Source: Mantamonas sphyraenae STR306 (lineage: Eukaryota; Protista; CRuMs). From it: 64,000 nt of DNA. Below the pieces are notes generated by a model, which had not been told where the DNA came from, did no database searches, and was given only the letters and a program-made list of their open reading frames with translations. Shown here in pieces: positions 50,192-61,456 of the stretch; positions within the stretch are counted from its first letter, which is position 1; every line of letters starts with the position of its first letter. Made by a program: the position numbers and the translations under genes. The stretch is taken from contig JAPMXV010000030.1 in NCBI GenBank assembly GCA_026936335.1, positions 310,001 to 374,000 on the forward strand. The letters run 5' to 3'.

Positions 50192-51627
50192 ATGGCCGAT
50201 TGTTTGCCGGTTGTGGACGGCTACAAGGTGGATGAGTTTATTGCGGCAACATTTTCGGACTGTGTATACACCCCCAAGGACTATGCGAGCTTTGTGATTG
50301 GCATGAGCTCGATCCTGTGCTGGATGGTGGCGCAGCTGCCGTGAGTTTGCGGGTCGTGTTTGGGCGCGCGCATTGTCGCAAAGTGTCGCTGCGCGACAGA
50401 GACTGACACAGACAAGGATGCACACGTGACACTCGCTGATGACACGCGCATGAACGAAACGACACACGGGGCATATATGCATGCTGTGGATGCTCGTGCA
50501 ACGCAGGCAAATTTACAAAAACTGGCGAAACGGGCGAGCGGACGCACTGAGTCTAGGCTTCCTTCTTGAGTGGCTTGCCGGCGACGTGACAAACCTGCTT
50601 GGTTGCATTCTGGACAGGCAATTGCCCACACAGGTAGGTGGCAGGGGGAAACGTGCATCACACACGCACATGAGCATGCGCAGGAGCCGTGTGTGTGCGT
50701 CCGGGTGTCGCGTCCGTGAGCTGACGCTTTTTGGCGCATCCACGCGCACAGACTTTCACGGCGATGTACTTTGTGTTTATTGATATGATTCTGTTTACGC
50801 AGTATCTGTACTACCAGCTGAACTGCAAACGAGATAGCAGTGCCTCGGTGGAGTACAAACCAGTAAAGGGGGTGCCGCGCAGGAGCACGCAAGAGACGGA
50901 CCAGCTGCTGGGAGCCAAAAAGGGCTCATTAGGCTCCACCGATCGGGAATACGGCTCATCTGGCACATCTCCAGGACGCAATACGCGCAGATCGCCGTCG
51001 CTGGACGATGCGTCCGTGAACGGGGGCGATGCAACGGGTCCGGGCAACGCAAAGGTGCTGATGGTGGCTCTGTGTGTGGGCCTGTGCATGGCACAGGGAC
51101 TGGGAGCCATGGGGAGCAAGAGTGTGCACACTGTGGGAGGGGTGTCTGGTCTGCAGCAGCAGCAGCAGCAGCAAATTGGGGCGGCTGGTACTGGTCGCGT
51201 GCTGACGGAGTTTCCGTACTTGCCCAAGGGAGAGGACAATGCCAAGTTGCAAGAGGTGGGCAAGTTCATTGGGTATGTGTCCGCAATGTTCTATCTGCTC
51301 AGTCGTATGCCGCAGATCTATCGCAACTACAAGCGCAAGAGCACAGAGGGGTTGGCCATTCTCATGTTTGTCATGGCCGTCCTGGGCAACACCACATACG
51401 CACTGGGCATTGTGCTGCGCTCGATCGAGCCGGATTACATCCTGGGCAAGCTGCCCTGGCTTCTGGGGTCTGTGGGCACCCTCCTGTTTGACTTTACCGT
51501 CTTTCTCCAGTTCCAATGGTACAAGAAGAAGGGCACGCAGGGCATCTACGAGGTCGTCGACACTGATTCGGACATGTCGCTGGACAGCAGTGAGGATGCC
51601 GAGGAGGAGTGGGCGAGGACTGTCTAG
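50192..51627 (+). CDS. PQ-loop lysosomal/vacuolar cationic amino acid transporter (PQLC2/Ypq-like)
   Basis: AQLPQIYKN...LSLGFLLEWLAGD.TNLLGC; SRMPQIYRNYKRKSTEGL...LPWLLGS.GTL.FD; introns 50341-50506 and 50634-50751; dileucine motif ETDQLL. Confidence 0.92.
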
Positions 51628-51660
51628 GAGAGAGAAATGGAAAGCACCACCGACGCTTGT

Positions 51661-53700
51661 TCATTGCGGAATGCGCACGATCCTTGTCTTTCTGCTTCCC
51701 TGGGACCCCCCTGTCCCTGTGGAAGCACCCGTGGAAGAGGAGGTGCCGGTGCTTGTTGCCTTTTTCCTGCCATTGCTGCTGATGGTGCTCTCTTTGGCTT
51801 TCCTTGCACCATCGCGTCGATTGTTGTTGTTCGTCTCTTTGTCTTTGCCACCACCTCCTCGCTTGGATTGCTTGGATTCCTTGCGATTGCTAGCATCGCT
51901 CTTTCGCGTGGTCGTGCGACCCCTCTCTGGAGATCGATGATGCTTCTGCTTCTTTGTGTTCTGCTTCTGTGTCGTCTTCTGCTGCTGCTGGCTCTGTGTT
52001 TGTTGCTGTTCCTGCTGCATTGACACCCTCTCTGTGGTCTCAATGGCAATCTCCTGCTCGTGGATTTCCTGCAGCGATTGTTCGTACAAATCCAACGCCG
52101 TGGCCTCGTGCGGTCCGCCACCGTACATCGTTTCTGGCGCCCACGACTCCTGCATGAGCCGTTGCAGCACCAACTCCCTCTCTTTGTCTGTAAACATGGT
52201 GGAACCTGCATCGCCTGAGCTGGACTGGTCGTCGTCGCCCTCGTCCTCGTCCTCTTCATCCTCGTCATCCTCGTCACCATTCCTCATCCCGCGATGCCGT
52301 TGTCGCCGCTTGACGGTGCTTCCACCCAGAGTCTCCGTAGCGCCCCTTGCGGTGGCATTGGACAGGGGTGACCCGTCGACCACTGCCTGAGTGGTGTTGT
52401 GATACACTTCGAGTTGCATGACGAGTTCTTCGATGTGTTGCTTGGCCGCCTTGAGTTCCTGCTGCACGCTGAGCTTCTCCTCTTCCATGTCACCCAGTTG
52501 AGTGACCACTTCGCTGCGATTGGCCTCCAGTTCGTTCAATAACTTGATGAGTTGCCTGCTCTGCTCCTCCCTGTGGCGCTTGGCCTGTGTCATGCGCTCC
52601 AACTCCTCGCTGCGCTTCTCCAACGCCTCCTTGAGCTGTTCCACCTGCTCATCCTTGCCCTGCATCCCCGTCGCAAAGGTGTCTGTCTTGCTCTGCAACT
52701 CTTCAATGCGACCCGCCATCTCTCGCAGCGCCTGCGACAACTCCTGCGTTTGCCGTTCGCTGGCCGCCAACGCCGCCTCCTTGTTCATCACCGTACGCTG
52801 CATGGCATACATCTGTGTACGAAGGTTGCCCGCCTCCTGCCTCGACTGTTCCACCTCCATCTCCATGGCCACCAATTGCTTGTTCTTCCACTCCAGCTGC
52901 CCACTCCGCTCCTGGTATGCCTCGTGTGCCTCAACAAGCACCCCCACCGCCTCTGCCACTTGTTTGTTCAACGCCTTTTGTGTGTGGCTGCTCTGTCTCA
53001 CACGCGCTGCCAGCTGTGCCATCACACTCTCCGTGTTGTTGCCTGCGTGCACCCGCGTCGTGTGGCTGTTGTCGTCAACATCCTCATCATCCTCATCCTC
53101 GTCTTCTCCTTGCTCATCGTGATCCTTCCCTCCACCACTGCCCCTGCTGCTGCTGGAAGTGTGGTGCTTCCATGTGTCGGTGATGCTGTGGACGGTGTCG
53201 TGGAAGTGGTGGTGTGCGGCAAGGACCACGTCGAGGGCGCGTTGGGTTTGGCGGTTGGTGGCACGCATACGCTTCTGCTCGTCCTCCAGCGACTTTACAC
53301 GTTCGTACAACAGACGATTCTCACACACCAATGCCACCAGATGCTTGGCATTGGCCATGGCCGGTCCAGAGCTGCTGTGGAAGCTTGCGGTTAACCCGGC
53401 GCCGCCTTCGCGCGCGTTCTCTCCTCCCCCTCCGCCGGCACTCCCGCTCTCCAACATGGGTGGTGCTGCACCCAGCTGCACATGCAGAGCAGACACCGAG
53501 GACATGGGTGAGTCCATGGTGTCATCATTCCCATGTCCCATCATGCTGCTGGCCAAACCAAAGCTGGTGGCTGCTGCTGCCTCGCCACCCACTCCTGTGC
53601 TGGCAGAGGTTGCAGAGGTCACAGACACACTGTCCCACGCAGGCTGAGGTGCCTTGCGTGGCACCTGCTGCTTGCGCAGAGGTGATGACTGGTTGCTCAT
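51661..53700 (-). CDS. Uncharacterised long coiled-coil protein
   Basis: ~680-aa ORF with E/Q/K/L-rich heptads flanked by low-complexity termini; coding-like composition; no recognisable domain. Confidence 0.6.
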   Translation of the reverse strand: MSNQSSPLRKQQVPRKAPQPAWDSVSVTSATSASTGVGGEAAAATSFGLASSMMGHGNDDTMDSPMSSVSALHVQLGAAPPMLESGSAGGGGGENAREGGAGLTASFHSSSGPAMANAKHLVALVCENRLLYERVKSLEDEQKRMRATNRQTQRALDVVLAAHHHFHDTVHSITDTWKHHTSSSSRGSGGGKDHDEQGEDEDEDDEDVDDNSHTTRVHAGNNTESVMAQLAARVRQSSHTQKALNKQVAEAVGVLVEAHEAYQERSGQLEWKNKQLVAMEMEVEQSRQEAGNLRTQMYAMQRTVMNKEAALAASERQTQELSQALREMAGRIEELQSKTDTFATGMQGKDEQVEQLKEALEKRSEELERMTQAKRHREEQSRQLIKLLNELEANRSEVVTQLGDMEEEKLSVQQELKAAKQHIEELVMQLEVYHNTTQAVVDGSPLSNATARGATETLGGSTVKRRQRHRGMRNGDEDDEDEEDEDEGDDDQSSSGDAGSTMFTDKERELVLQRLMQESWAPETMYGGGPHEATALDLYEQSLQEIHEQEIAIETTERVSMQQEQQQTQSQQQQKTTQKQNTKKQKHHRSPERGRTTTRKSDASNRKESKQSKRGGGGKDKETNNNNRRDGARKAKESTISSNGRKKATSTGTSSSTGASTGTGGSQGSRKTRIVRIPQ

Positions 53701-53783
53701 GCGGTGCGGTTGGCAAGCGGGATTTTTGGCGTCGCCCGGGCGCGCAACGCAACACGCACACACACACACCACTCACCTTCTTC

Positions 53784-55484
53784 ATGGCATCGTTCGCATC
53801 GCGGGGACAAATCCCTCCGGAGGAGAAGGAGGCCAAGGCCATCGAGCGACGCAGGGCGCTGGAGGAAGAGCGCAAGAAGCGCATCTTCAACGCACGCGTG
53901 CGTACAACGGGCAAGGATGTGGATGCGCTCAAGGCGCAGATGGACGAAAAGGAGGCCCAACGCAAGGCTGAGCTCGACGAAGAGGCCGCCTGGCAGCGTC
54001 AGCTTGAACACAACGAAAAGTTCATGGCCCGACGCGAGGCACAGATCAACCTTCAACGCAAGAAGCTGGAGGACGGTGCGTTTTTGCCGCGGCAGGAGGT
54101 GGATGATGATTGGAAGAGGCACCGTTGGACGTTTTGCGCCTGGGAACACGCCGCATGGACCGTATGCCTCGTGAGAATATGCACTCACATTCACGCACGC
54201 ACATTGGCATTGGATTGGGACGCCCACAGAGACGCGAGCATACAACCTGCAGCTGAGCCAGGCCAAGGCAGAGGAAAAGCAGCGCGAAGCGGAGATGGAA
54301 GTGCAGGTGCGTTGTCGTTGTTGAGCGGTACACAGTCCACAGCACCACACAGAGGGCAAGAAAACACACGCACAGCCTGCACATGCAGCCTGTGGTGGTC
54401 ACCGTGGCATTCATGAGGCATGGTGGCCACCACATGGCCGTGTGCAGAGCAAGCGGAGGCGTTGCTCGCGCGCCTTAACGGCTACTTGAGGCCGTTGATC
54501 GCCGCACACACGCTGACACACACATCCTTGGCACGGCTCGTCACACGTACACACTCATGCACACGTGGGACACGTCCACTTTCTGTTTGCGGTGATCCCG
54601 TCAGATGGAACAGCTGCAGATCACGTCGGGCTCCGTGAGCGGAGGCACAGCCTTTGACGGCGAGGATCCCGAGTTTGAGACGCGGCAGAAGGCCCAAGCG
54701 GCCCAGCTGAAGGAATGGGCTGACCAAGTGGCCGCCGAGAAGCTGTTGCTGCAGCGCCAGGAGGAGGAAGAGCAAGCGTACGTCGTAAAAGCAGAACGGA
54801 AGGGGGAGGGGGAGTGTGAGAGTGTGTGTTTTGTCGAATGATCAACGGCAGCGCACTTCCCAACTCACACTTCACACTTCACACTTTACACATCACAGGC
54901 GGTATGAAGAGCAGCAGAGGCAGCTTGAGCGCCGACGTGCACAGATGGAGGCGGAGCGTACGCGTGCACAGCTGGAACTGAGTGCACAGACGCGTGAGTA
55001 CAACCTGTGGCTGGCAGAACAGAAGAAACTGCGGGAGCAGCAGGAGAGGGAGGAGGAGGAGGCACGTGCACAGGCACAGCTGGAGGAGGCACAGCGTTCT
55101 GCGCTGTTGACAGAGAGCACGCAGCAGAGTGCCCTGGGTGAGGGCCGCGTGGTGCCGTACGACTACAAGGGCATGACGGTGGACCAGATTGCGGCCATCC
55201 GTGAGGAAAACCTGCGTTTGATGGAGGAGAAGGAGGCGCAGCGCAAGGCGGAGGAGGAGGAGGAGCGTCGCTGGCTGGAACAGTCGATGCACTTCAACGG
55301 CCTCGTCACAAAGTCGGTGGCCACCCAAAACCTGCGCCGCAAGCAGAACGTGCGCGAAGTCAACGAGACCAACCAGAGGCTGGCACAGCAGCACTACGAT
55401 CGTCAGAACTACGAGGCCAACGTGTTGTACAAGAACGAGATCGACTCCTCCTTCTACGACAAGTTCAACACCACCACCCGATGA
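53784..55484 (+). CDS. RIB43A-family ciliary microtubule inner protein (RIBC1/2-like)
   Basis: AIERRR..EEERKKRIFNARVRT.G.D.DAL.AQ, FDGED, VPYDYKGMT.DQ, FYDKFNTTTR. Introns 54076-54229, 54307-54604 and 54778-54898. Confidence 0.9.
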
Positions 55485-55629
55485 AGCAAACACATTGCAA
55501 GCAGACGCATCATCACACCCACCACACATGACACTCATGACACTCATGACAACACCAGCAATGCAAAATTCAATGCCGATGCACGCGTGTGTGCGCAGAT
55601 GCACACAACCACACTCGTCTCGTCTTGCA

Positions 55630-56980
55630 ATGGCAAAGAAGGACGCTGCTGCCAAGAAGCAGCCACAGCAGGATGCAGACACAGCCAAGCAGAGTAAAGG
55701 CAAGGACAAAGCAAAGGCAAAGCGTGCAGTTGGAACAGGAGGAGCAGGAGGAGCTGGCGACGTGGCATCCCCGTCACGAAGCAGCCCGTTTATGGTGTTC
55801 CTCCTGCTGATGGCCGTGGTAGCTGCTGCCACGTACGAGTATGTAGAGTCGCAACGTGATCCGATGGAATCGATGCCCGACGCTCTGCTGGACTGGAACC
55901 AGGCTGGCCGGAAAGTGCCCGTGTTTGACGCCTTTGGCAACAAGGTGCCCCTGTTTGTGGCGGAAAAGGGCAGTGCCAAGAAGAGTGGAGAAGCGGTGTT
56001 GTTTGTACACGGCGTGCCCCTTTCGGGCTTCCTGTACAGCCGGGTGATGGAGAACATGCCTGCAGACGACCTGCATCTTCTGGCCATGGATCTGCCCGGT
56101 TTCGGCCTCTCGGGCGACGTACCCGACGGCGTGGAAGCCAACTGGTCGTACCTGGCCAACTCCATTGTACAGTTGGTCAACACTCTGGGCTTGCGTCGCG
56201 TGCACCTGGTCATCCACGACATTGGGGGGCCCATTGGCATGGAGGCGGCGCTGAAACTGGGCCAGGATCGCGTAAAGAGCATCACCGTGCTCAACACCCT
56301 CGTGGATTTGGAAGTGTTTACTCGTCCCTTTCCCATGTTCCTCTTTGATGCCAAGCGATACCCGGCGGCGGTGACGACGACGATGCACTGGTTCATGTCC
56401 TCTCCGCTCACCACCCCTGTCACCTGGCTCCTCATGCGCCAGCGTGGCACAAACAAGATCGATTACCGTCGTTTGCATGCCCACATGTGGCAGCTGCGCC
56501 AGCATCGCGCCTCCTTTGTCAATGTGATGAGCAACTTCAACCTGACCGCAGACCACCGCGACCATCTGCTCACGGGACTTGCCACCCTCCAGAGCCAGGG
56601 CGTACGCATGCAAAGTGTCTGGGTTGACAACGATGCCATCCCGGGCTTCGAGACCATTCACCATGCCCTCCTGAAGCGTTCCGTCAAACTGGACAAGTCA
56701 CAGATTGTTCCCAGCAAGCACTTTATTCAGGAGGATGCGCCCCAAGAGGTTGCCAAGGCTGTGTTGGATTTTGTAGACTCGATGGGACGGGAGGTGGAGC
56801 CAACGCCTGAACCCACGCCAGAGGCAAGTGCGCACGATCACGGCCACGGCCACGATCATGGCCACGATCACGGACATGACACGGACATGACACGGACATG
56901 GACACGGACATGGACACGGACATGGACATGGACACGGACATGGACATGGGATGGGTGGGGGACACAACTACGGGTTGTGA
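55630..56980 (+). CDS. Membrane-anchored alpha/beta hydrolase, AXR4/MEST-like, with His-rich tail
   Basis: N-terminal TM anchor; VLFVHG.P.S.FLY, MDLPGFGLS, HLVIHDIGG, HFIQEDAP. Restoring two missing G in the GGACAY repeat gives ...GHGHGHGMGGGHNYGL-TGA(56980). Confidence 0.75.
56830..56950 (+). repeat. Coding His-Gly/His-Asp hexamer repeat (GGACAY)n
   Basis: Tandem GGACAT/GGACAC units are visible directly. Confidence 0.85.
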
Positions 56981-57026
56981 GCACGCGACTTTCGAGCAAA
57001 CAAAAACGTCTTCCACACACACATCC

Positions 57027-59150
57027 ATGCGCATTGTTCCAACCACCCTTTTCGTGCTGTTGTGTGTGTGTGGTGTATCTGTGCTTGCGCAGTCGTGCAT
57101 CCCGCAAGCGTGGGTTGACGCACAGCTGCGCGGCGACATGATTGTCAGCGATTCCGCGCCCGTGGACCAGCGTCTGCTGCCCTACATTGGCAACGGGGTC
57201 ATTGGACACACACTGGGTTCCCAAGACCTGTTCTTGGCTGGCCTGTACAACGGCGAGTCGTCCGTGACGCCGTCGCATCGTGCACGTGTGCCTGCGTACA
57301 TCAGCCTGGGGTTTGCTGACCTGCAGGTGTGTGCGATTGCGTTGGACGTGCGCAACGGCGTGGCACGTGTGTTGTGGAATGGCACGCAGGGTCAGGTGCA
57401 TCAGACCACCTTTGCGTCTGCCGTGCGTCCGTCGCTGTGGGTGCAACATTTCGAGGTGGACATCAGCCAGCCCGACCAGACATTGGCCATCCAGTGCAAC
57501 TCAGGCCCGCCCTCGGAAGACATACAATTCGACACAGTGCGTTCGCAACCCTACTTCCACCAGCGTGGCAAAACCCTGCTTGCGGAAACAAACACCAGCA
57601 GCGTACAGGCCGTCAGCGTCGTCACAGACCTGTGTCCAGACCACGTCGAGGTCTCCCAGGCCCAACAGTTCTTTGACCTCTTCACTTCTCTCAACAAGGA
57701 CGACCACCAGGCGCTGCAGACGTACCTGGACGCGCAAACCGCCGGCTACGATGCCCTGCTCGCTGAGCACACGCAGGCATGGGCGTCCCGATGGACCAGT
57801 GGCATCGATGTGGTTCCCGAGAACCACGTACCCGTGCCACCTGCGTTCAATGCCTCCATGCAGCTGGCCCTGACCGTCAACACCTCCCTGTACTACATGC
57901 TCAGCAGCATCCGTGAGGACAGTGCAGACGCTGCACTCAGCCCCGGAGGGCTCAGCACAGATGACTACCATGGACACATGTTTTGGGACCAGGAGACGTG
58001 GATGATGCCAGCCTTGATGCCATTCTGGCCGGCGCTCGCCAAGCAGATGCTCGAGTACCGCGTGCAGAGGTTGCCTACGGCACAGGCGAACGCGCAAGCC
58101 AATGGTTACAAGGGAGCGCAGTACCCGTGGGAGAGTGCATGGACAGGAGTGGAGTGCACGCCGCAACAGGATCCGGAAAAGGACGAGATTCACATCAACG
58201 GCGACATTGCCATGGCCTTGCGCAAGTATTGGGTGTGGACACAGGACAAGGAGTGGCTTCAAACCAAGGCGTGGCCCGTGCTGCGTGACATTGCACGCTA
58301 CTTTGCCAGCAGGGTGACTCTGGATGCAACCACGGGGCAATTCCATCTCTACGGCGTCATCCCTCCGGACGAGAGCGCAGGTCTGCGCAATGACAGCGTG
58401 TACACCAACGCTGTGGCTTCTTGCACACTGCAGTGGGCAGTGGAAGCAGCACAGCTGTTGGGCAAGGGCGACGAGGTCAATACTACGCTGCTGACACGGA
58501 TTGCCAACCAACTCGTGTTGCCCTTTGACACGGCAGACCAGATGCACCTGGAGTACAGCGACTATGTCAAGGGCACCACTATCAATCAGAACGACGTCGG
58601 ACTCATGCAGTACCCACTGGGCATGCAATTTGCCTCTGCCATCGCCCACAACGACCTCTCTTACTACCAATCCGTCACTGATCCCAACGGGTACTTTACG
58701 GGCGATTCGGCATACTCCATTGCTTGGCTGCAGTTGGGCGAGCAGGCACAGGCCGATGCACAGTTTGCAAAGGCATTTGGACACTTTTCGGCACCCTTCA
58801 TGGTGTGGCTCGAGCGAGCACGCACGAAGGGCAATGTCAACTTCATCACAGGTGCCGGTGGCTACGTGCAGAACTACGTCTATGGATACGCTGGCATGCG
58901 TGTGGACGATCATCAGGACGCCGTCTCCTTTGTTCCACACATGCCCCCCGGGGTTTCTGCCTTGCGTCTTCGAGGCCTGCACTTTCTCCACGCTCGCTTC
59001 TCCTTTGCCATTTCCGCCACCAGCACCACCGTCATGTGTGACCAGGGTTCTCTCAGTCTCAAGTGGGAAGACGGGCAGAGCAACACGCTTTCTGCAGGGC
59101 AGCAAGTCGTGCGTGATTCCCTCATGGCAGTGCACATCGGTGTCAACTGA
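57027..59150 (+). CDS. Secreted glycoside hydrolase family 65 (PGGHG/ATHL1-like)
   Basis: Signal peptide; YIGNG, LSPGGLS...YHGHMFWDQETWM, GAQYPWESAWTG.E, EIHINGDIA, VIPPDE (catalytic Glu), NFITGAGG. Confidence 0.9.
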   Translation: MRIVPTTLFVLLCVCGVSVLAQSCIPQAWVDAQLRGDMIVSDSAPVDQRLLPYIGNGVIGHTLGSQDLFLAGLYNGESSVTPSHRARVPAYISLGFADLQVCAIALDVRNGVARVLWNGTQGQVHQTTFASAVRPSLWVQHFEVDISQPDQTLAIQCNSGPPSEDIQFDTVRSQPYFHQRGKTLLAETNTSSVQAVSVVTDLCPDHVEVSQAQQFFDLFTSLNKDDHQALQTYLDAQTAGYDALLAEHTQAWASRWTSGIDVVPENHVPVPPAFNASMQLALTVNTSLYYMLSSIREDSADAALSPGGLSTDDYHGHMFWDQETWMMPALMPFWPALAKQMLEYRVQRLPTAQANAQANGYKGAQYPWESAWTGVECTPQQDPEKDEIHINGDIAMALRKYWVWTQDKEWLQTKAWPVLRDIARYFASRVTLDATTGQFHLYGVIPPDESAGLRNDSVYTNAVASCTLQWAVEAAQLLGKGDEVNTTLLTRIANQLVLPFDTADQMHLEYSDYVKGTTINQNDVGLMQYPLGMQFASAIAHNDLSYYQSVTDPNGYFTGDSAYSIAWLQLGEQAQADAQFAKAFGHFSAPFMVWLERARTKGNVNFITGAGGYVQNYVYGYAGMRVDDHQDAVSFVPHMPPGVSALRLRGLHFLHARFSFAISATSTTVMCDQGSLSLKWEDGQSNTLSAGQQVVRDSLMAVHIGVN

Positions 59151-59206
59151 ATACATTCACACACGCACACACACACACAAACGAGGTCCCCTTTGATCAT
59201 CGCTCG

Positions 59207-61422
59207 CTACGTGACATGGTTGGCTGCTGGGGTGCCTGTGAACCCATTCCAGATGGCGAAAAACTGGCGTTGGGCTGCAAAGATGCGTCTGAGCTCCGTA
59301 GGCACTTTGCGTGTCTCTGTGCTCTCCAGCTCCTCAATGTCGTCAGGAGGCAACATGATCAGATAGCGGTGCAACGGTGTCTCTCCATAGTCGTCCTTCT
59401 GGCGGGCAGGGACCTCCAGCCACTCCAAGAGCGCCTGCGTGCTCACCTTGCGACAATTCAGCGCATCCACCATTTCGAATCCCACACGCCAATCCTTGCT
59501 CCCTTCCATGTCCATATCCATCAGCAAATCCACCACAGCCGTCATGCTGATGGCCTTGGTCCCTTCTTGCTGCCGTGGATTCGGCACAAGCACACACGCA
59601 GGCACGCAGCAAAACAATTGCTCCGTATGGTCCACTCCCGCTCCTCCCGACGATTGTTGCTGACGCATGGCAATGTGCAGGCTGTGGCTGCTGCTGTTGC
59701 TGCCGCTGCTGCCACTTCCATTGCCGCTACCACCACCCATCGTCGTTGTCTTTTGGCTCTTGGCCATGCGACTCAGTGGTGCGTGGTCTCCATACACAAT
59801 CATGGGATGAACCAACTGCGAAGCCTCTGTGTGCAACCCTGCATCGTCGCCGGCGCCGTGCTTGCCTCTGCCCGGACGGACCTTCCGCATGGCATCCACG
59901 TTGACGTGACGAAACAGCCTGTGGTCATCGTGACGCGCACGTTGCTCCACCAACACATCTCCACCGTCCAAGTACGAGTGCACCAGGAGCGGCCGTGGCG
60001 AAGCACCCGTAAAGTACATGCTGCGGTGTGTGCCTGTGCCTCGGTTGACAATGAGATCCAAGCCTTGACGTTGGTCCATCTCTTCGTAGGCCAAATCCAA
60101 GCTACCCAGGACCAGCACCTGACGAGCAATCTGGCCAAAGGGCATCCCAAACACCTCGGCCACCTTTGTCAGATCCAGGAGGCCCTTCTCCTTTTCCCCG
60201 TAGCAACACACCCACTTGGCACCCATGATGGCGTCCAGATGCACACCGTTCTCGGTAAGCAACTGGACCATGGGCAGGATGCGTGAAATGGATCGACGTG
60301 TGAACAGACACACGCGGTATTGGCTGCACAGCTTCAACATGCCATGCACACAGTCTGGTCGCATGTGCAATCGTGCTGGCTTCTTGCTCCACAGACTGTC
60401 CTTGTACGTACTTCCCAGCACGCCGTCACACTCAATCACCACGAGTGGCTTGCTGCTCATTTCCGAACGGATGTCCACCACAATTTCTGGGTCTGTTTGC
60501 ACACCCATGCGTCGCAACAGGTGTGGGAAGCGTGTGTCTCCGTTGCGCATGCTCTCTGTGCGTCTGTGCGTGCGTGTGTGACCGCCCTCGTGCCACACCC
60601 CCATCGTGCGTGCGTGCAAACTGCGATCGTACAACAGCTCCTGGCTGTTGCTAAACCGTCGCTCCAGCTTCCTTTTCCACTGTTGATTGCTGATCCCCAC
60701 CGATCCGTTGACGCTGCTTTCGCTGCTGCTTCGCTCTCCACTCTCCGACGTCGAGGATGACGACGACGTTGATGACGACGACGACGTGGATCTGCTCATC
60801 CCCTTTCCATGCTCCCCACCACGTCCGCCATCTGCTCCTCCCTTTCCTCCCTGCTGTTGATGTTGCTGTTGCTGTTGTTGCTTCTGCAGTGATGCCTTGC
60901 GTCGTTGCCGAGAGCTGGCTGTCCCTGTGGTCAGCCGTTCCGATGGCTGTCCCTTCCATTTCCCGCCTGCCTTCTTGCTGTTCCCACTTGTGTTGCTGTT
61001 GCTGTTGCTGCTGCTGCTGTGGCTGCCACTGCTGCTGTTGTTGCTCGACACACTCTGTTTCTTTCCTGAGCTCTTGCCTTTCCCGCTGCCTTTGCTCGAG
61101 GTACTTTTGCTGCTGCCACTTTTGCCTGCCGATTTGCTGCTGCTGCTGCTGCTGCTGTTGTTTGCCAGTGAGGACGATGTGGATGTGGATGATGTGTTGG
61201 TGTTGGTACTGCTCCTCCTCCTGCTGCTACTGCTGCTGCTGCTACTGCTGGTGCTGCTGGTGGGACCCGATGACAGTGCGTTTGCCTGTTCTGCGGTGTG
61301 TTCGGCCAACCAACGCAGCCGACGACTTGCACTCGTCATGGCATTGTCATCCAACTGTCCCATCTTGGCACTCATCTTTTTCCCTCCTGTGCCTTTGCTC
61401 CCTGTGCTCCCTGTGCTCCCTG

Positions 61423-61456
<34 letters not shown>

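Noticed and set aside
55519-55552. Short direct repeats (CATGACACT x3; also CCCTCTTG in the RPC31 intron and CACACTT in a RIB43A intron)
   Set aside because: Too short and isolated to support a regulatory or mobile-element call; likely replication slippage.
2850-56900. Frequent frameshifts in genes (dynein x3, KANSL2-like, ZPR1, XPG, STAND x2, VWA8, TOM1-like, AXR4-like) as programmed frameshifting, RNA editing or pseudogenes
   Set aside because: Most are repaired by adding or removing one base in a short homopolymer (e.g. GTG-GAC at 12476, a G-run at 32215, TTT at 42838). They occur in both directions with no shared slippery motif and hit essential genes, which is typical of long-read consensus error. 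Short-read polishing would confirm.
46331-59150. Functional cluster of a secreted JmjC hydroxylase and the PGGHG-like glycosidase (hydroxylysine glycan pathway)
   Set aside because: The genes are separated by five unrelated genes, and there is no evidence of functional clustering in the window.
57501-59156. Long antisense or alternative-frame ORFs (e.g. 57501-59156, 12070-13572, 2989-4599, 25406-26968)
   Set aside because: Shadow ORFs expected from high GC3 and TA avoidance opposite real genes; no recognisable domains.
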